A program made the translations under genes and the position numbers. A stretch of 64,000 nt of DNA, from NCBI GenBank assembly GCA_964016885.1, contig OZ024740.1:314154001-314218000 (forward strand). Direction: 5' to 3'. The DNA is from Eledone cirrhosa (Eukaryota). Each line of letters starts with the position of its first letter. Within the stretch, counting starts at the first letter, position 1. Of this stretch, positions 13,969-28,610 are shown in pieces. The notes below the pieces were generated by a model. The model was not told the DNA's origin, ran no database searches, and saw only the letters and a list, made by a program, of their open reading frames with translations.

Positions 13969-14785
13969 TACATGTCAAGAGTTATACACTAGACAGATGC
14001 ACATGAATCCAGTACAGAAACAGCACAATTTTAGTTCAGTTAAACGAGGTATTTAATCATTAAAAGTGCACAACGACCGGACGACAGGCAATCAATATAT
14101 GTATGTGTCGGTATGTGTGTGTGTGCGCGCGTGTATGTGCGAATGTGTGTATGCGTGTGCAGATGAACTGCCACTAGAAAATTAACCTGCTCTCCGCCTT
14201 CTTCTCTAGAAGTTCTTCATTATGGGTTTATAATCAGTCAGTTGACCGCTGTACTCTATATTTAGGTTCTTCATTGCTCTGAACTTTACTCCCCAAATAA
14301 CAGCCACTCACCCACCCCCACCATCTCCTTCAGACAGTGTGAAACTCCAGATTTGTGTCCATTACAGATAAGCCGGGTGAATCTCTCTATATTGTTTAGT
14401 TTAGTGGAAAATACGTCTGATGATAAGGTAAGAAAAACTATTATTTTAGTTTCCATTGCTCGGAGAAATTATTGAAAATATCACTTTATATATATGTATT
14501 TCTATCGATCGATCTATTTATCTACCTAGCTTTCTTTCTATCTGTGTGTGCAAAGATATGTGTATATACACACACGCACATACACACATGTATGCATACA
14601 TACATGCATACATACATACACACATACACACATACATACATGCATACAAGCATGCATACATACATACATATATATACATATCTATCTATCTATTTATCTA
14701 TCTAGCTTTCTTTCTATGTGTGTACATAGGTGTGCGTGTACGTACGCATATACACACATGCATGCATACATGAATACATGCATAC

Positions 14786-14816
<31 letters not shown>

Positions 14817-14968
14817 CATACATACATACATGCATTCATGCATGCATACATGCATACATACATACATGCATACATATATACATACATACATGCATATATA
14901 TATATATATATGCATATACATATATATATTTATTTATCTTACTGTACCAAGGAATTCCCTACACTTTC

Positions 14969-15010
<42 letters not shown>

Positions 15011-15279
15011 CCAAAGATTAATATGGGTCATTGATTACTCAATGAATATAGTTTTACAATAGATTAAAAGCACTCTGCAAAGAATTTTTCTGGAGTTATT
15101 AATATTATTCAGAATATTAATAAATGAAGACATTCACATAATCAAAATATATGTTTTATTATATATATCTCGAAGGTACTGTGGTGTTTTTTCAGTACGT
15201 ACTCGTTAGATTTTCGTCCTGCCAATACTGGAATTGAACCATCAAGACCGTTGAGGTATGTCACACAGCAATTCGTGTA

Positions 15280-15341
15280 TTTTATCTGACGGGGATGTAC
15301 TGAAAAAACAGCACTGTACCTTCGAAATATATATAATAAAA
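15280..15341 (+). ncRNA. Degenerate type I hammerhead in inverted-repeat island 15100-15395
   Basis: ttttat-CTGACGG-ggatgtac...gtaccttc-GAAAT-ATAT-ATA-ataaaa. The inverted arm reads CTAACGA, so the consensus of the two is CTGACGA. Confidence 0.6.
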
Positions 15342-15407
15342 CATATATTTTGATTATGTGAATGTCTTCATTTATTAATATTCTGAATAATATTATATAT
15401 ATATATA

Positions 15408-16086
<679 letters not shown>

Positions 16087-16211
16087 CATAAATATGAAAC
16101 CATTTATTGGCTGAATGGCTACAGCTGAAACGACTTCTTGTTAATTCCCATAATAACGTTTATTGAAACAAGTATTAGACAACTTATATATACACAAACT
16201 AAAATAGTAGC

Positions 16212-16265
<54 letters not shown>

Positions 16266-16266
<1 letters not shown>

Positions 16267-17563
16267 TAGCAGCAGTACCCAACGTTGCCTGGGTAGGTAA
16301 AATAATATCTCCTTTGATGAAGAGGTGTTGATCTTAGCGACTGCTTCTCGATGACTCATCTATGGCCACACGCACAGGCCATGCGGTGGAGGGTGGTGAT
16401 GACCTCTATCACTGAGAAACGCGAGTGACTGACGAAGGGGCATGCTGCGGGATGGGGGTAATGACCTCTAACACTAAGCCAAATTTCCTCAAGCTAGTTG
16501 ATTGGAAACCGATGAATTCTCAAATACACAACTAAAAGTCAGACGACGTCAGTGGCCATCGTTTTGCCTTTGACCATCTATAAGATGTGCAATGATAGGT
16601 TCTATCGTAGTATAAAAGTTGAACCAAATAAATTGATTTATGTGTGAGGTGGAGCCGAAGTTTCGAATTTGAGCGAAAGCGGTTGAAAAATATGGGAGCT
16701 AATGATAGGTCGCCGTCCCTGAACAAAAAATGTAAAGTGTAAAGCTACTATAAGATGTGCAATGATAGGTTCTATCGTAGTATAAAAGTTGAACCAAATT
16801 AATTGATTTATGTGTGAGATGGAGCCGAAGTTTCGAATTTGAACGAAATCGGTTGAAAAATGTGGAAGCTAATGATAGGTTCTATCGTAGTATAAAAGTT
16901 GAACCAAATTAATTGATTTATGTGTGAGGTGGAGCCGAAGTTTCGAATTTGAACGAAATCGGTTGAACAATGTGGAAGCTAGAGCCGAAAAGGCGGATAT
17001 TTGAGCGAAAAGGTGGTATTTTCGAATATTTAAGCGGCTGCCACGCCATTCCTGAACAAAAAAATCCAAAATGTAAAGCCACTTTAAAACTTGAAATAAT
17101 CAGATCTAGCGTAGTGTAAAATTTGAACAAAGTATGTTGATTAATGTGGGAGCTAGAGCCGAAAAAGTGAAAATTTGAGTCTAAAAGTCGTATTTTTTAA
17201 TATTTAAGCGGCTGCCACGCCGTACCTGAACAACAAATGCAAAATATAAAGCCATTACAGGATGTGCAATGATAAATTCTATTTTGCTTTAAAATTTGAA
17301 CGAAATCGGTGCCAAAATGTGGGAGCTAGAACCGAAAATCTTATTTTTCGATACCTAAAAAAAGGTGACCCCCTATCGATTTTTATCTGCAGAATGACCC
17401 TGGAATAAAAAAAAACGATATGCTGATATTTAGAAAATAATCCCCGGTGACTAATCTATGAGCCTGTAAAGTTTGATGAAAATCGGTCGTAAGATGTAGG
17501 CCCCTATAGGTAATACACAGACACACAGACACACACACATACTTAATTTTATATATATACAGA
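16266..17563 (-). mobile_element. Non-autonomous Helitron with internal tandem repeats
   Basis: Minus strand starts A|TCTGTATATATATAAA and ends with the hairpin acccaggcaacgttgggt followed by CTAG|T. Internal degenerate repeats (aatttgaacgaaatcggttgaaaaatgtgggagctag) span 16575-17340. Confidence 0.75.
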
Positions 17564-18368
17564 TATATAAAGGTATATACTCAAACTATGTGAATATACT
17601 TTTACTATAGACATATTAAGCTACGTAGCAACATATATACACGAACAAATATACATAGTAGTACATATACACAAACTAAGGTATACAACAGCGTATAAAC
17701 AGAATGTAAGAGCTATAAACAGAATGTAAGAGCTTATTTTGCCGGTAAGACAGCCCTCCTCCGGCTATTTTGCCGGTAAGACTGTCAGACACCTTACTTT
17801 GCAGCATACAGTTGCGGCCCTTTATGGTCCGAGTTCAAATCCCGCCGATGTTAGCTTTACCTTTCATCCTTACGGAGTCGATAAAATAAAGCACCAGTGA
17901 TACACTGGGGTTGATTTGATTGACTTTCCCCTCTCCCAAAATTGCTGGCCTTGAGCCTAAATCAGAAACCATTTGGCAGTATCGGTAGAGGGTTGGACAC
18001 CATGCTTTCTAGCATAGTTACGTCCCTTTACAGTCTGAGTTCAAATCCCGCTGAGGTTAACTTTGCTTTTCATCCTTACGGGGTCAATAAAATAAAGTAC
18101 CAGTAATGTACTGATTTAATTGCTGGCCTTGTGCCAAAAGTAGAAACAATTATTATGAAGGCAGGTAATGTTAAAAATAACAACACAGATTTAACACAAA
18201 AGTTTATTTAATTTTCACCACCAATTGTTAAGACAATTTAAACCCTATTACTAACCCTAATATTAACACTATTATTATTTCCCGGCAAAATAGCCTGGGG
18301 GTCTTTTTTAACGGTAAAATAAGCTTTAAAAGAATACTTATCTATTCTAGTGGGACCGGCAGAATATT

Positions 18369-18540
18369 GACCTGCCAACCTCTAAAAACTCAAACGGGGA
18401 GTACCATGAAAAAAAGTCCCCCAAAATAGGGAGGTTTTACATAATAAATGCGATACATATTTTCACAATAGAAGACATCTCTCACCCACCCCAAAGCGGG
18501 AGCGGGATCTCGCCGTCGGCAGGGAGAGTTGACAAGTCTG
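18369..18540. mobile_element. hAT-like MITE with CAGACCTGCCAAC-type TIRs
   Basis: gacctgccaac...gttgacaagtctg. A reverse copy lies at 57087-57349 (with a SINE fragment inside), and single ends at 46421-46495 and 48710-48770. Confidence 0.6.
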
Positions 18541-18712
18541 AAAGTAGTATATTCGAAACAGAAAGTAAATTTCGTCTTATTTTTATTTTACCTTCTCCAT
18601 ATAGATACAATAGGAATTAACTTTCTTCTTGTTCCACGGTTCACCTGAGTCTTGTGGCCTCGATCTCTGTTCTTTCTCAGATTCGCTTTACAAGAGATGC
18701 AGTCGCTACTAT

Positions 18713-18751
<39 letters not shown>

Positions 18752-19729
18752 TTTTGCTGAACCATGATCCAAACAATGCTTACAAAGACAATATGACCCC
18801 AGTAATTGTTAGAATGTTTTATATGAAAATACTACACAAGGTTGTATGTAACAAATTCTTTGACATGTCTCTTTCAACTGTTCCCGGTTTTAGTAAATCA
18901 ATTAGCATAATGCCATGGGTTCGATTCCTGGGCTGAGTGTTCTTGAGTAAAACACTTCAATTCACGTTTATCCAGTATACTCAGCTGAAAATGAGTACCA
19001 GCAATAGCTGGGCGTGGTTAACCTTGCGATAGACTGGTCCAAGGAGGGGATGTCTTGTACTCTCAGTCGCTACTCACCACGAAACCGGGATAAGCACTGG
19101 GCTGACGAGACAGATTTTAGACTTTGACTTTAGAGTTATCATATACTAGGATTTTTTCAACACGCTGACGCACAAACACTGACACATTTACAAAAATAAA
19201 CTCACAGACATACATTCACACAAACACGTATACACATACATTTACACAAACACACACACATGCACATACACTCACACACATCGTAGCAAATGGAACGCTA
19301 TAAGTACGAGTGAAAAACCATGGCTGAACTGTGTTGGTTTGGGGGTAGATAACTGTAGTGTAAACATAAAAAGACATAATTTAGTTACGTCTAATGTTTA
19401 TAATATAAATAGTGCTTTATTCTTGATGAAATATTCTTGTCATCTCGAACATGGCGTTTCTTCCCTTGCTTCTCCACATAGAATACTTCTGCTTGAATCT
19501 ATTTTATTTTTTTTATAAGAGTTAGTTCCTAATGAAAGTGTTCTTTATTAATTTTACAGAAAAAGCGAAAGCTGTTTTCAAGGGTTTCTTTTTGTTGTTG
19601 TTGATAGATACAGTAATTTTTCTACTTGCTTTAGTTCAGCGAGTGAAGTTGAAAAGCTTTACGATGTATTTCTAGACTATCAAATACTGCCAGATAACAT
19701 AATTGCCCACATTGTTTGAGACGAAGATT

Positions 19730-20093
19730 TACTCTCGTCCTCCACCCCGCATTTTAATTTTTCAGATTTTTTCGAATAACCCTCCACTCCTGCTTATTAA
19801 ATTTTGCTAATCTATCTCAAGCGAAATTTTGTTTTAAGTGGTAGCAACCCTGCAACAATTAATTTTCTTTAGACATTACAAAACATTATGTATGACAAAA
19901 AAAGTACATTACTAGAAATCCCATACATTATAAAATAAATAGGATGGGTTGGGGGCTCAATATGTAAACTAAAACACTAATTCTGTTTTGTTTTTTAAAT
20001 CAATGGAGGCAACTTAGAAAAATTGCCGATTTTCCAACACCTCCCTCCCCCGCTTATTCTCACCCCTCCCTTATTATTTGGGACCCGAGAGTA
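19730..20093. mobile_element. MITE family with TACTCTCG...CGAGAGTA ends
   Basis: Related copies at 4593-4746, 46568-46853 (opposite orientation) and a fragment at 1808-1915 share ccacttattaatttttcagatttt and ttatttgggacccgagagta. Confidence 0.6.
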
Positions 20094-20354
20094 GTTTCCG
20101 AATGTGTATGCAAATATAGATGATTATGTTGCAAATTATTATAGAAGTGATGCTTCATAAAATAAGTATAAAATTCCTACTGAATGATAACGTGAAAAGA
20201 TGTAACTAATTGTATAGAGTTGGAGAAGCATTACATGGAATTTCACACTCTAATACCGTCGAAGAATCAAAAGCTTTGTTGCACTCTTTACTATTTGGTC
20301 ACTGACAGATTTACACTCGTCATAACTACATACTTAGAGTTTAATGTCTTCCAC

Positions 20355-20440
20355 CTCGAATGACTGTGATCAACAGGCGAAACTCCGGAGTAACAACACT
20401 CACTATTTAGCCTTAATAAAATGAATATGTTTGTATAAAT
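20355..20440 (+). other. Hammerhead 3' half next to (TA)n
   Basis: ctgt/acag hairpin followed by GAAAC-TCCGGA-GTA (palindrome ACTCCGGAGT, 20379-20392). The CTGANGA box is degenerate. Confidence 0.4.
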
Positions 20441-20453
20441 ATATATATATATT

Positions 20454-20515
<62 letters not shown>

Positions 20516-20538
20516 TATATATACACACACACACACAC

Positions 20539-20594
<56 letters not shown>

Positions 20595-20871
20595 AATAGA
20601 ATGAAACAAAATTTCATTTCTCACTCTTAGTACGGCACTTACTTAAATGTAAGTATGTATGTATGTACACGTACATACATATATGTATACAGACGTACAG
20701 TAGTATGTATATATATACATACATGCACACATATATATATGCACGTATCGGTTTACCGAACATTTATTATAATGCTCGGTTTGTTTGTTTGTAAACAAAC
20801 AAACAGCCCGAATTACGCCGTACAGTGTTTAGGCAAACACGTCACCTTTTTGTTCAACACTGACACAGGAA

Positions 20872-20912
20872 CGATGTACTAGTTTCAAGCTTATTAGCTA
20901 TCGTCAGCATCG
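20872..20912 (-). ncRNA. Minimal type I hammerhead ribozyme
   Basis: Minus strand: cgatg-CTGACGA-t-agct/aata/agct-t-GAAAC-TA-GTA-catcg. Stem I is perfect and stem III is the palindrome ACTAGT. Confidence 0.8.
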
Positions 20913-20998
20913 TATACCTTCCTGCCAGATGGTTGAACGTCTGAAAGTATATACTTTCCTTATGCATATTAACGCCCTCGGGTGATGCAAGGGGGACA

Positions 20999-21042
20999 AC
21001 CGTCTATGCATTTCAGGCTTAACTGGCCTTCGTCAGGACGGT
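20999..21042 (-). ncRNA. Minimal type I hammerhead ribozyme
   Basis: Minus strand: accgtc-CTGACGA-aggc/cagttaa/gcct-GAAAT-GC-ATA-gacggt. Stem I is 6 bp and stem III is the palindrome ATGCAT. Confidence 0.82.
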
Positions 21043-21277
21043 CCCTCCCCACGCTTGCGACAGGCGAGAATATATACTTTTCTCGTCTGTGTAAATGAGG
21101 TGATTAATCTCATTTGCATATGAAGCTGCACAAGTTGGCTCAACTTATAATAAAAAAAGAAATAGGATTTCGCTTCAAGCATAGCTTTATACAATATGTA
21201 TAAATATTTCGTATCTCCAAAGAAATACGGTTTTAGGAAGCCGTAGCTATACAAAAACCGGGGAGCTATTTCTTTTT

Positions 21278-23166
21278 TTAGAGGTACCCGTTCACCTTGA
21301 CCCTTGAGCAGATGTTGCTGTTGTGCATTGCAGCAATCCAGCCCCTGAACACGTGTCCGAAGCCTGCCGCCTTGAGCACCGCATCCAGGTAACGATGGTC
21401 AACCCTATCGAAAGCCTTAGACTGATCCAAGTTGATCAGGGCCCCACCGAAGCCGGATTTACACCCTACCCTCTCTATGATGTATCGCATGAGGTGGAGG
21501 TTGTCGTGTATGGACCTGGTCGGGATTGCGCATGTCTGCGCTTCTCCCACCAGGTTTTCGACGACAAGCGCCAGCCTCTTTGCCAACACCTTGGTCAAAA
21601 TCTGTAACTCTATGTTTAGCAGAGTTATGGGCCGGAAGTTGCCTATGTCATCCCCCTTATTCTCGTCCTTCCTGACTAATGTGACTACGCTCCTGGTCAC
21701 AGAACTGGGAATTCTCCCGTTCTGCTGCCAGTTGCAGTAGACCGCTTCCAGGAGACCGGAGAACAAGTCCGGCATTGCTACGTAAAATTCGTCGAGACTT
21801 GGAGATTTGCGTTTGCCGCATTGGCTCAGCGCGTCCCCTATCTCAGCGGCTGAAATCGGCTTTTCGCAGAACTTCGCCTCGCTGTCCGAGAGTCGTGGCA
21901 GGCCGTCGAGGTATGGACCGAAATCCATAGCCCTTCCCGGCGCGCGGCCCTGCCCGAACAGCTAAGAAAAGTGCCGCTGAAAGGCCGCGCACATCTGCTT
22001 CGGCTCACGTATCACGCGTCCTTCAAAGACCGAATCGTGGACTTGTTTCCACTTTTCGCCTCCGTCACCCGGGCCCAGCTAACAGCTTTGGCTCCCTCGT
22101 TACCCAGAGCACGCATTTTGTTTCTGACAACGCAGCCCTCGTGCTGTGCGTCGAAGAACCGGTCCAAGGCCGTTCTTGTTGCTAGCACGCTGGCTACGTT
22201 GCCACTTCTAATTGCCTCTTTTACTTTATCTACCAGTTCCTTCTCGGTCCTATTTCTATTTAACGCTAATTCTTTACTAAAATCTAATGAGTCTAATCTA
22301 ACTGCCCTCTTGAGAGAGTACCACCATCTGTTGTTGACAATGGCCCCTGTCAAATGCTGTTTAACTAAAGTGCTAATCCGTCTACTGTAGGCTTTGCATG
22401 TCGGTAACGACAAGTTCAGCTTCCAGTAGCCGGGTCCTTCTCTATGAGTTCTATCAAGGTTGACCATGCAGGTCACTAGTTTGTGATCTGAATATGCAAC
22501 CCTGAACATTTGTGGACAGCTTAACATGTCCCTATCCTTATTTCTAATTAGAACCCTATCTAGGTGCGATCTAGATGTTCCGCTAACATTAGTCCACGTC
22601 CACAGTGGCACAGTCGGAAAATCTAGTCGATATCTATCGGCCAGGTCAAATCGGCCGATTAACTGTTTGAGGCTGTTACAACCCCCCCCCCCTTTATCGG
22701 GACATGCTCCCACATAGTCCCAACGTGCATCTAGGATTCCCTTCCAGTCCCCCATTAAAAGCAAGGAGCGGGACGTTCCAAGAAAAGTCTCGAGACGTTT
22801 GAAGAAGTCTGGCCGCGGTGTCCCGGATGGGGCATATGCGGCCACCAGCCTGAAGGCTCCACCTTCACTACCGTCAACGTCAAGGACCACCAGTCGACCC
22901 TCCGGGTCCAGATGTACCGTCTGTGTTACGAGGTCCAGGTGTACGCAGCAAAACGGCAACCTCGCCCCACCTCCCGGCTGACAGAGAGATGCGTAGATCT
23001 CAAAGTCGTCGAAGATGGGGGCTAGCTGTCGCTCGCTGTGGATCCTGGACTCGCAAATGGCTACTACATCCATACTGTGCGACCTGAGGTCGTTTAAGAG
23101 TTTGCCCTGTTTCCAGGGCATCCCCAGGCCGCGTACATTTACACATTCAACTCTTATATTGGCCAT
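21278..23166 (-). pseudogene. LINE ORF2 (APE endonuclease plus partial reverse transcriptase), disrupted
   Basis: EN motifs NVRGL, ICES, AYAP, MGDW, LDRVL, YSDH, GYWKLN. Frameshift and stop near 21960-22012. RT motifs FRPITLLN, LINLDQSKAFDRVDH, ending at SRVKVNGYL before the catalytic DD. Confidence 0.9.
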
Positions 23167-23202
23167 GTTGGTGCTGAAAAGTTAAAAGAAGAGGAAAAGA
23201 AA

Positions 23203-24803
23203 TCACTCACCTCTTCGCCTCCTGGGGACCAGGCTGCATGATTTCCATGGGGGTGTTGGAGGGGTTGTCTGGGTGGGTAGTGGTTTCTGGGGGGGAGATG
23301 CTTGGTAGGGAGGGGTGTCTGATGGGGTGGGGGTGTCTGGGGTGAGGGTGGGGAAACATTTTAAAAGGACGCGGTTAATGGGTTTAACACAAGGATTACC
23401 CACGTCCTTAGGAAAGTGTTCCTTTAAAGACTTATAGGTGTCCGTAGGGACCCTAATCATCTTTAAATTAGGTCTCTCTACACAGTTCGAAAAATGGAGA
23501 TGACCTCCATTAAAGTTTTGTTTTTACTGTTTATGTATGTGTAATGTTCTTGTTGTGGTGTGTTGGTTTTTGTCTGTTGTTCTTGTGTGAGCTTTCATTT
23601 TGTTGTAGGTATTTGTGTTTGGAGTGATGTCGTGGTTTTGTTTTTGGGACGGGGGGTTTTGTTTGTAATGTTTGTGTTGTTTGTGTTGGTGCTTGTATGT
23701 TTGTAGTGATGTTTGTTGCTTTTTTGTTCTTGTGGTGTCTTTTCTTCTTTCTTTTCGAACGGAGAGGCTCTCCCTCATCGTCACTTGGTGATGATGAGGG
23801 GGCCTCGTCCGTTGTGGTGTCTGTGTTATTTGGAAGGGGTATGTTTTGGGGAGCTGTTGTGTTTGTGAATGTTTTTGCAGTGGTTTTAGGTGGAGTGGGG
23901 TTGGGTGGGACTGTGCTTGCGGTTTGATTTGTTGTTCTTGTTTTGGTTGTGTTTGCGTGTTGTTGTTGTTGTTGTTGTTGTGGTGGTGGTGGTGGTGGTG
24001 GTGGGGGTAATGGTGGTGGTTGTGTTGTTGTTTTGGGTGTTGGCAGTAGTGCCTCTTTTTTTCTTGCAGCTAGCTGAGGACAGTAGGCCTTCAGGTGACC
24101 ACTGCTTAAACAGTGGTAACATGAAGGCCGCCTACCCTCAACAGAAATGTTTATGTATGAAATCCCATCCAGAGGCACACATTGGGGTATTTTAGCTTGT
24201 ACCATTGAATGTGCCTCTGGAGGACTTTCCTACTGAAATTATTGTGTCTTCATCGAAATCGATGAAGCCAGTCAAAATCCACCAGACATTTGGTGTAATA
24301 TTTGCAATTTTAATTTTCTGGGTCCTTTTTCCCATGTATGTGGGGAAAAAGGTGTAAAGGGGGGACACAATCGGCGACACCGAATATTTTTGTGTCGTTA
24401 ATTGGCACAAAATGCTTCCGAAAAGTTTATCTTTTTGGATGAAGGCAATATCCTTCATTGAATTTTTCAGAACCAGTTCAATTTCGTTTTGGGATAATTG
24501 GACTGGTTTTTTTAGATACATTTGAAAATGTCCTAAAAATTATTGTTTTTAGGATAGTTTCTCTACGTAACTGTTGAGGAGAAGTGATGCTGAAAGCACC
24601 ACTCTCACCAAAAGTTACATACTGCTTTGCTTCTTTCAACAACTCCGTAGCATTGGAGATGTCAAGATATGTAAATAGTTCTGTCTTTTGGACGGTTTGT
24701 GCAAAGGAAATCTTTTCCTTGTTTGTGGAGTTGTTCGTGTTGCTGTTGTTGGTGGTGGTGTTGTTCTTATCATTGTTGCTGTTGTTGTTCTTGTTCTTGT
24801 TTT

Positions 24804-24843
<40 letters not shown>

Positions 24844-25088
24844 CTGGTTGGTGTTGTTGATTTTTTCGTGTGTAGTTGTGTCAATTTCTGCATTTTCTGT
24901 GTTTTTTGGTGTCTGTTGTGGGCTGTTATTTTCATCTTTTGCTGTGTAAATATCCATTTCTTTACGAAACGAAGTTTTTTGTTCTTTGTCTCCATAGATA
25001 CTTCTATGGAAATAGAGGGAGACATAACGCTTATATCTGTCTCTTTCCCTCTCTTCTCGCTGTCTAGCGTTCGCTGTAAGTCACACAT
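23203..25088 (-). pseudogene. LINE ORF1 (gag-like, zinc knuckle), frameshifted
   Basis: Consecutive minus-strand ORFs 24636-25088, 24478-24957, 24192-24521, 23531-24205 and 23203-23460. CYHCLSSGHLKAYC fits C-x2-C-x4-H-x4-C. Low-complexity N/T/P/Q linkers. Confidence 0.75.
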
Positions 25089-25290
25089 TGTTAAAGTTAG
25101 GAAACATTTTTAAAACTTGTCAATTTTTAAAAATTAAATTTCCGCCCCTGTGGGGGAAAACTGAGATTACCACCCAGCTGACAATTCAGCCTGGGTGTTA
25201 ATCTATCAAACAATGTAAATTTTTACACAATAGATTCTGTTTTTGTATAGAAAATTTTACAAAAACTTACCAGCGATCTACCGCACGTCC

Positions 25291-25482
<192 letters not shown>

Positions 25483-25544
25483 TAGAAAGAGGTATTGATA
25501 GATAGACAGACAAAAAGTTAGATAGATAAATATACATATATATG

Positions 25545-25631
<87 letters not shown>

Positions 25632-25635
25632 GAGG

Positions 25636-25670
<35 letters not shown>

Positions 25671-26150
25671 CAGACAGATAGAGAGACAGACAGACAGAAA
25701 CCTAGTTAGATAGATAAATATATATATAATATAAAAGAAAGATGTTTATAGGTTGGTTGGCTGGCTGGTTATCACACGAAAACTACACACACATACACAG
25801 GCACACACATACACACAAACACACACACACACACAGAGACACACACACAGACACAAATACATACACACACATCTAAAAAGAGAGACACAGAGGGAGAGGC
25901 GGAAAGAGAGAGATAAGCCGTTATACAGAGAGATATACAATTAAAGTGTTAGATATTTAGAGAGAGAGTAACATCCTACGAAAGTCTAGAAAGTCTAGAA
26001 ACGGCTTAAACTATAGATCCTTTGATCTATAGGAAGGTTCAACAATATTGCGTTAACTTTTATAAATTCGTTTTACAGTCTTTGATTTTACGGACAAAGA
26101 AAAATTGATACTATTTGAAATTAATCTACTCCTCCCCCCACCAGCTTTTA

Positions 26151-26480
26151 TCTATATACTACTTACAGACAGTACTAACAAAGCTGAACACTTCAGAAGC
26201 AATGTTATGTGGTATATTGCTGTATTTCAGATGACATCCTTTGGAGCTGAAAAAGATCATACTGACTATGGTTATTTCACAACATTTAAAATCCAAGGCC
26301 AATGCTACCATTTAATCGGCAGTTTACGCCCCCAGCCTAACAAGGAAGTTTTTTTTTATGTCTCTCTCACACACACTACGGTCTCACCTCATACCAGACA
26401 ACACATCCAATACAGTCGTTTTCTATTTTATCCGTCTTCTCTTAACTGTTCTCCTGGGCGAAGCCGGGTACCTCAGCTAG
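26151..26480 (+). mobile_element. 330-bp mini-Helitron carrying a RepHel coding fragment
   Basis: A|TCTATATACTA start. Hairpin cctgggcgaagccggg followed by CTAG|T at the end. Encodes HFRSNV..YIAVFQMTSFGA...FTTFKIQGQCYHLIGSL, a Helitron RepHel N-terminal motif. Confidence 0.8.
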
Positions 26481-26871
26481 TATATATATATATACTGTAT
26501 ATATATAGAGAGAGAGGGGGAGAAGGAGAGACAAAGCGAGCATGCGCAAGAAAGAGAGAGAGACGTTTACTAAGTCGCTGTAATGTAAACACTAACTACT
26601 ATTTACTATGACTAATTTAGCATATACACCCATTTTAGTGATTCACGACTTATATAGTTCTACAACTGTAGCTCCTGTTTAGCACTGTGTGTGTGTATAT
26701 GCGTGTGTACGTTAGCATATGTGTATGTGTGAGTGTGTGCGTATGTGTGAGTTTCTGAGTATGTGTATGTATGTGTAAGTGTGAACGTGTGTGCGTGAGC
26801 GTGTGTGTGTGTGTGAGTGTGCGTGTGTGTGTGTGTGAGTGTGCGTGTGTGTGTGTATGTGTGAGTGTATA

Positions 26872-26973
<102 letters not shown>

Positions 26974-27056
26974 CGTCTACAGATTGATTTTTCTCAGTTT
27001 CAGAAATGCCGTATAGAGCGAATGCATAAATTCTTTCTGAAACTTTAATCTGCACT

Positions 27057-27152
<96 letters not shown>

Positions 27153-27249
27153 AGGGGGTGTAACTAGGAGTTACTGCCTGTTCACCCGGGTGAGCACTCG
27201 ATGTTTAGGTTCACTTCTGTGATGATGTGTAGAGCTATACAGAGTGTAA

Positions 27250-27520
27250 TATATAGAAAGGATAAAAAGGACGATTGATTATTCCTTCATTGCATTTATT
27301 GATAGGTGACGCGCGTTTCGCCACTGATCTGACTTTATCACATAGCATGTATTTCATTTTCTTATAGCATTTTCAGAAGATCCGTCGAGCTGCGGATTAT
27401 TGAGTCAGGTACGATCGATATAGATCGAACCTTGAGCTGATCAGTGGCGAAACGCGCGTCACCTATCAGTAAATGCAATGAAGAAATAATCAATCGTCCT
27501 TTTTATCCTTTCTATATATA
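27250..27520 (+). mobile_element. PLE pLTR island with inverted 5' copy and HHR remnant
   Basis: Arms about 27250-27329 and 27439-27520. GAAAC-GCGC-GTC at 27449-27460, with a degenerate CAGAAGA upstream at 27374. Ends at (TA)n. Confidence 0.65.
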
Positions 27521-27707
27521 TATATATATAACTACATAAACGGAGAAAGCTATTAGCAATTTCCAACTCATTCAACAAACATTAGTAAATACCGGAGTAT
27601 ATTCCCAATTGAACGTTTGGAGTGCTAACTATATTGTATTGTGTGGATAATTAGCTGTATTATTTTATATGAGATATATTAAAGATCTCATATATATATT
27701 ATATATA

Positions 27708-27759
<52 letters not shown>

Positions 27760-27926
27760 GGGGTAACAAATAATTGTTATATGCAGTCGACTTAGGTGTA
27801 GTCCAGTTATGGTATTCCGGGTAGTGGATGATATCAACGCTTGGCTAAGTTTGACTCAACAAGCCGTTTCCATAGTGATGCTGCGAGTACGCTGTAATTC
27901 CTATGTTGTAAACACTTGGAGTAATG

Positions 27927-28324
<398 letters not shown>

Positions 28325-28610
28325 ATATATAAAGAGAGAGAGAGAGATGGAGAGAGAAAGATCCCTCTTACATTCAGGTACATAAATATAAACTAAATGA
28401 TTCAATCATATGTGTCTATGTCTGTATGCACACTCACATGCACACAACCACTTAATATGTATGTTTGAGTGTGAGTATGTATGTATATATATGTGTGTGT
28501 GCGTGTGTATGTGTGTGTGTACGTGTGTGCGTGTGTGCGGTGTTTATAGGATGAGCTATAATTAATGTTTTCTTCATTAACTACAACGGTTGGCACAAAG
28601 AATAACATTA

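Larger units (their letters stand above)
21278..25200 (-). mobile_element. Tx1/L1-clade LINE with intact 5' part, truncated inside the RT at its 3' end
   Basis: ORF1 with a CCHC zinc knuckle, followed by ORF2 with APE endonuclease and RT domains in the order typical of Tx1-type elements. Confidence 0.9.

Noticed and set aside
27395-27442. SECIS element in the HHR stem-II inserts (also 62405-62450)
   Set aside because: The GA dinucleotides are not in register for a SECIS quartet, there is no proper apical AA, and no in-frame TGA occurs in the visible PLE ORF.
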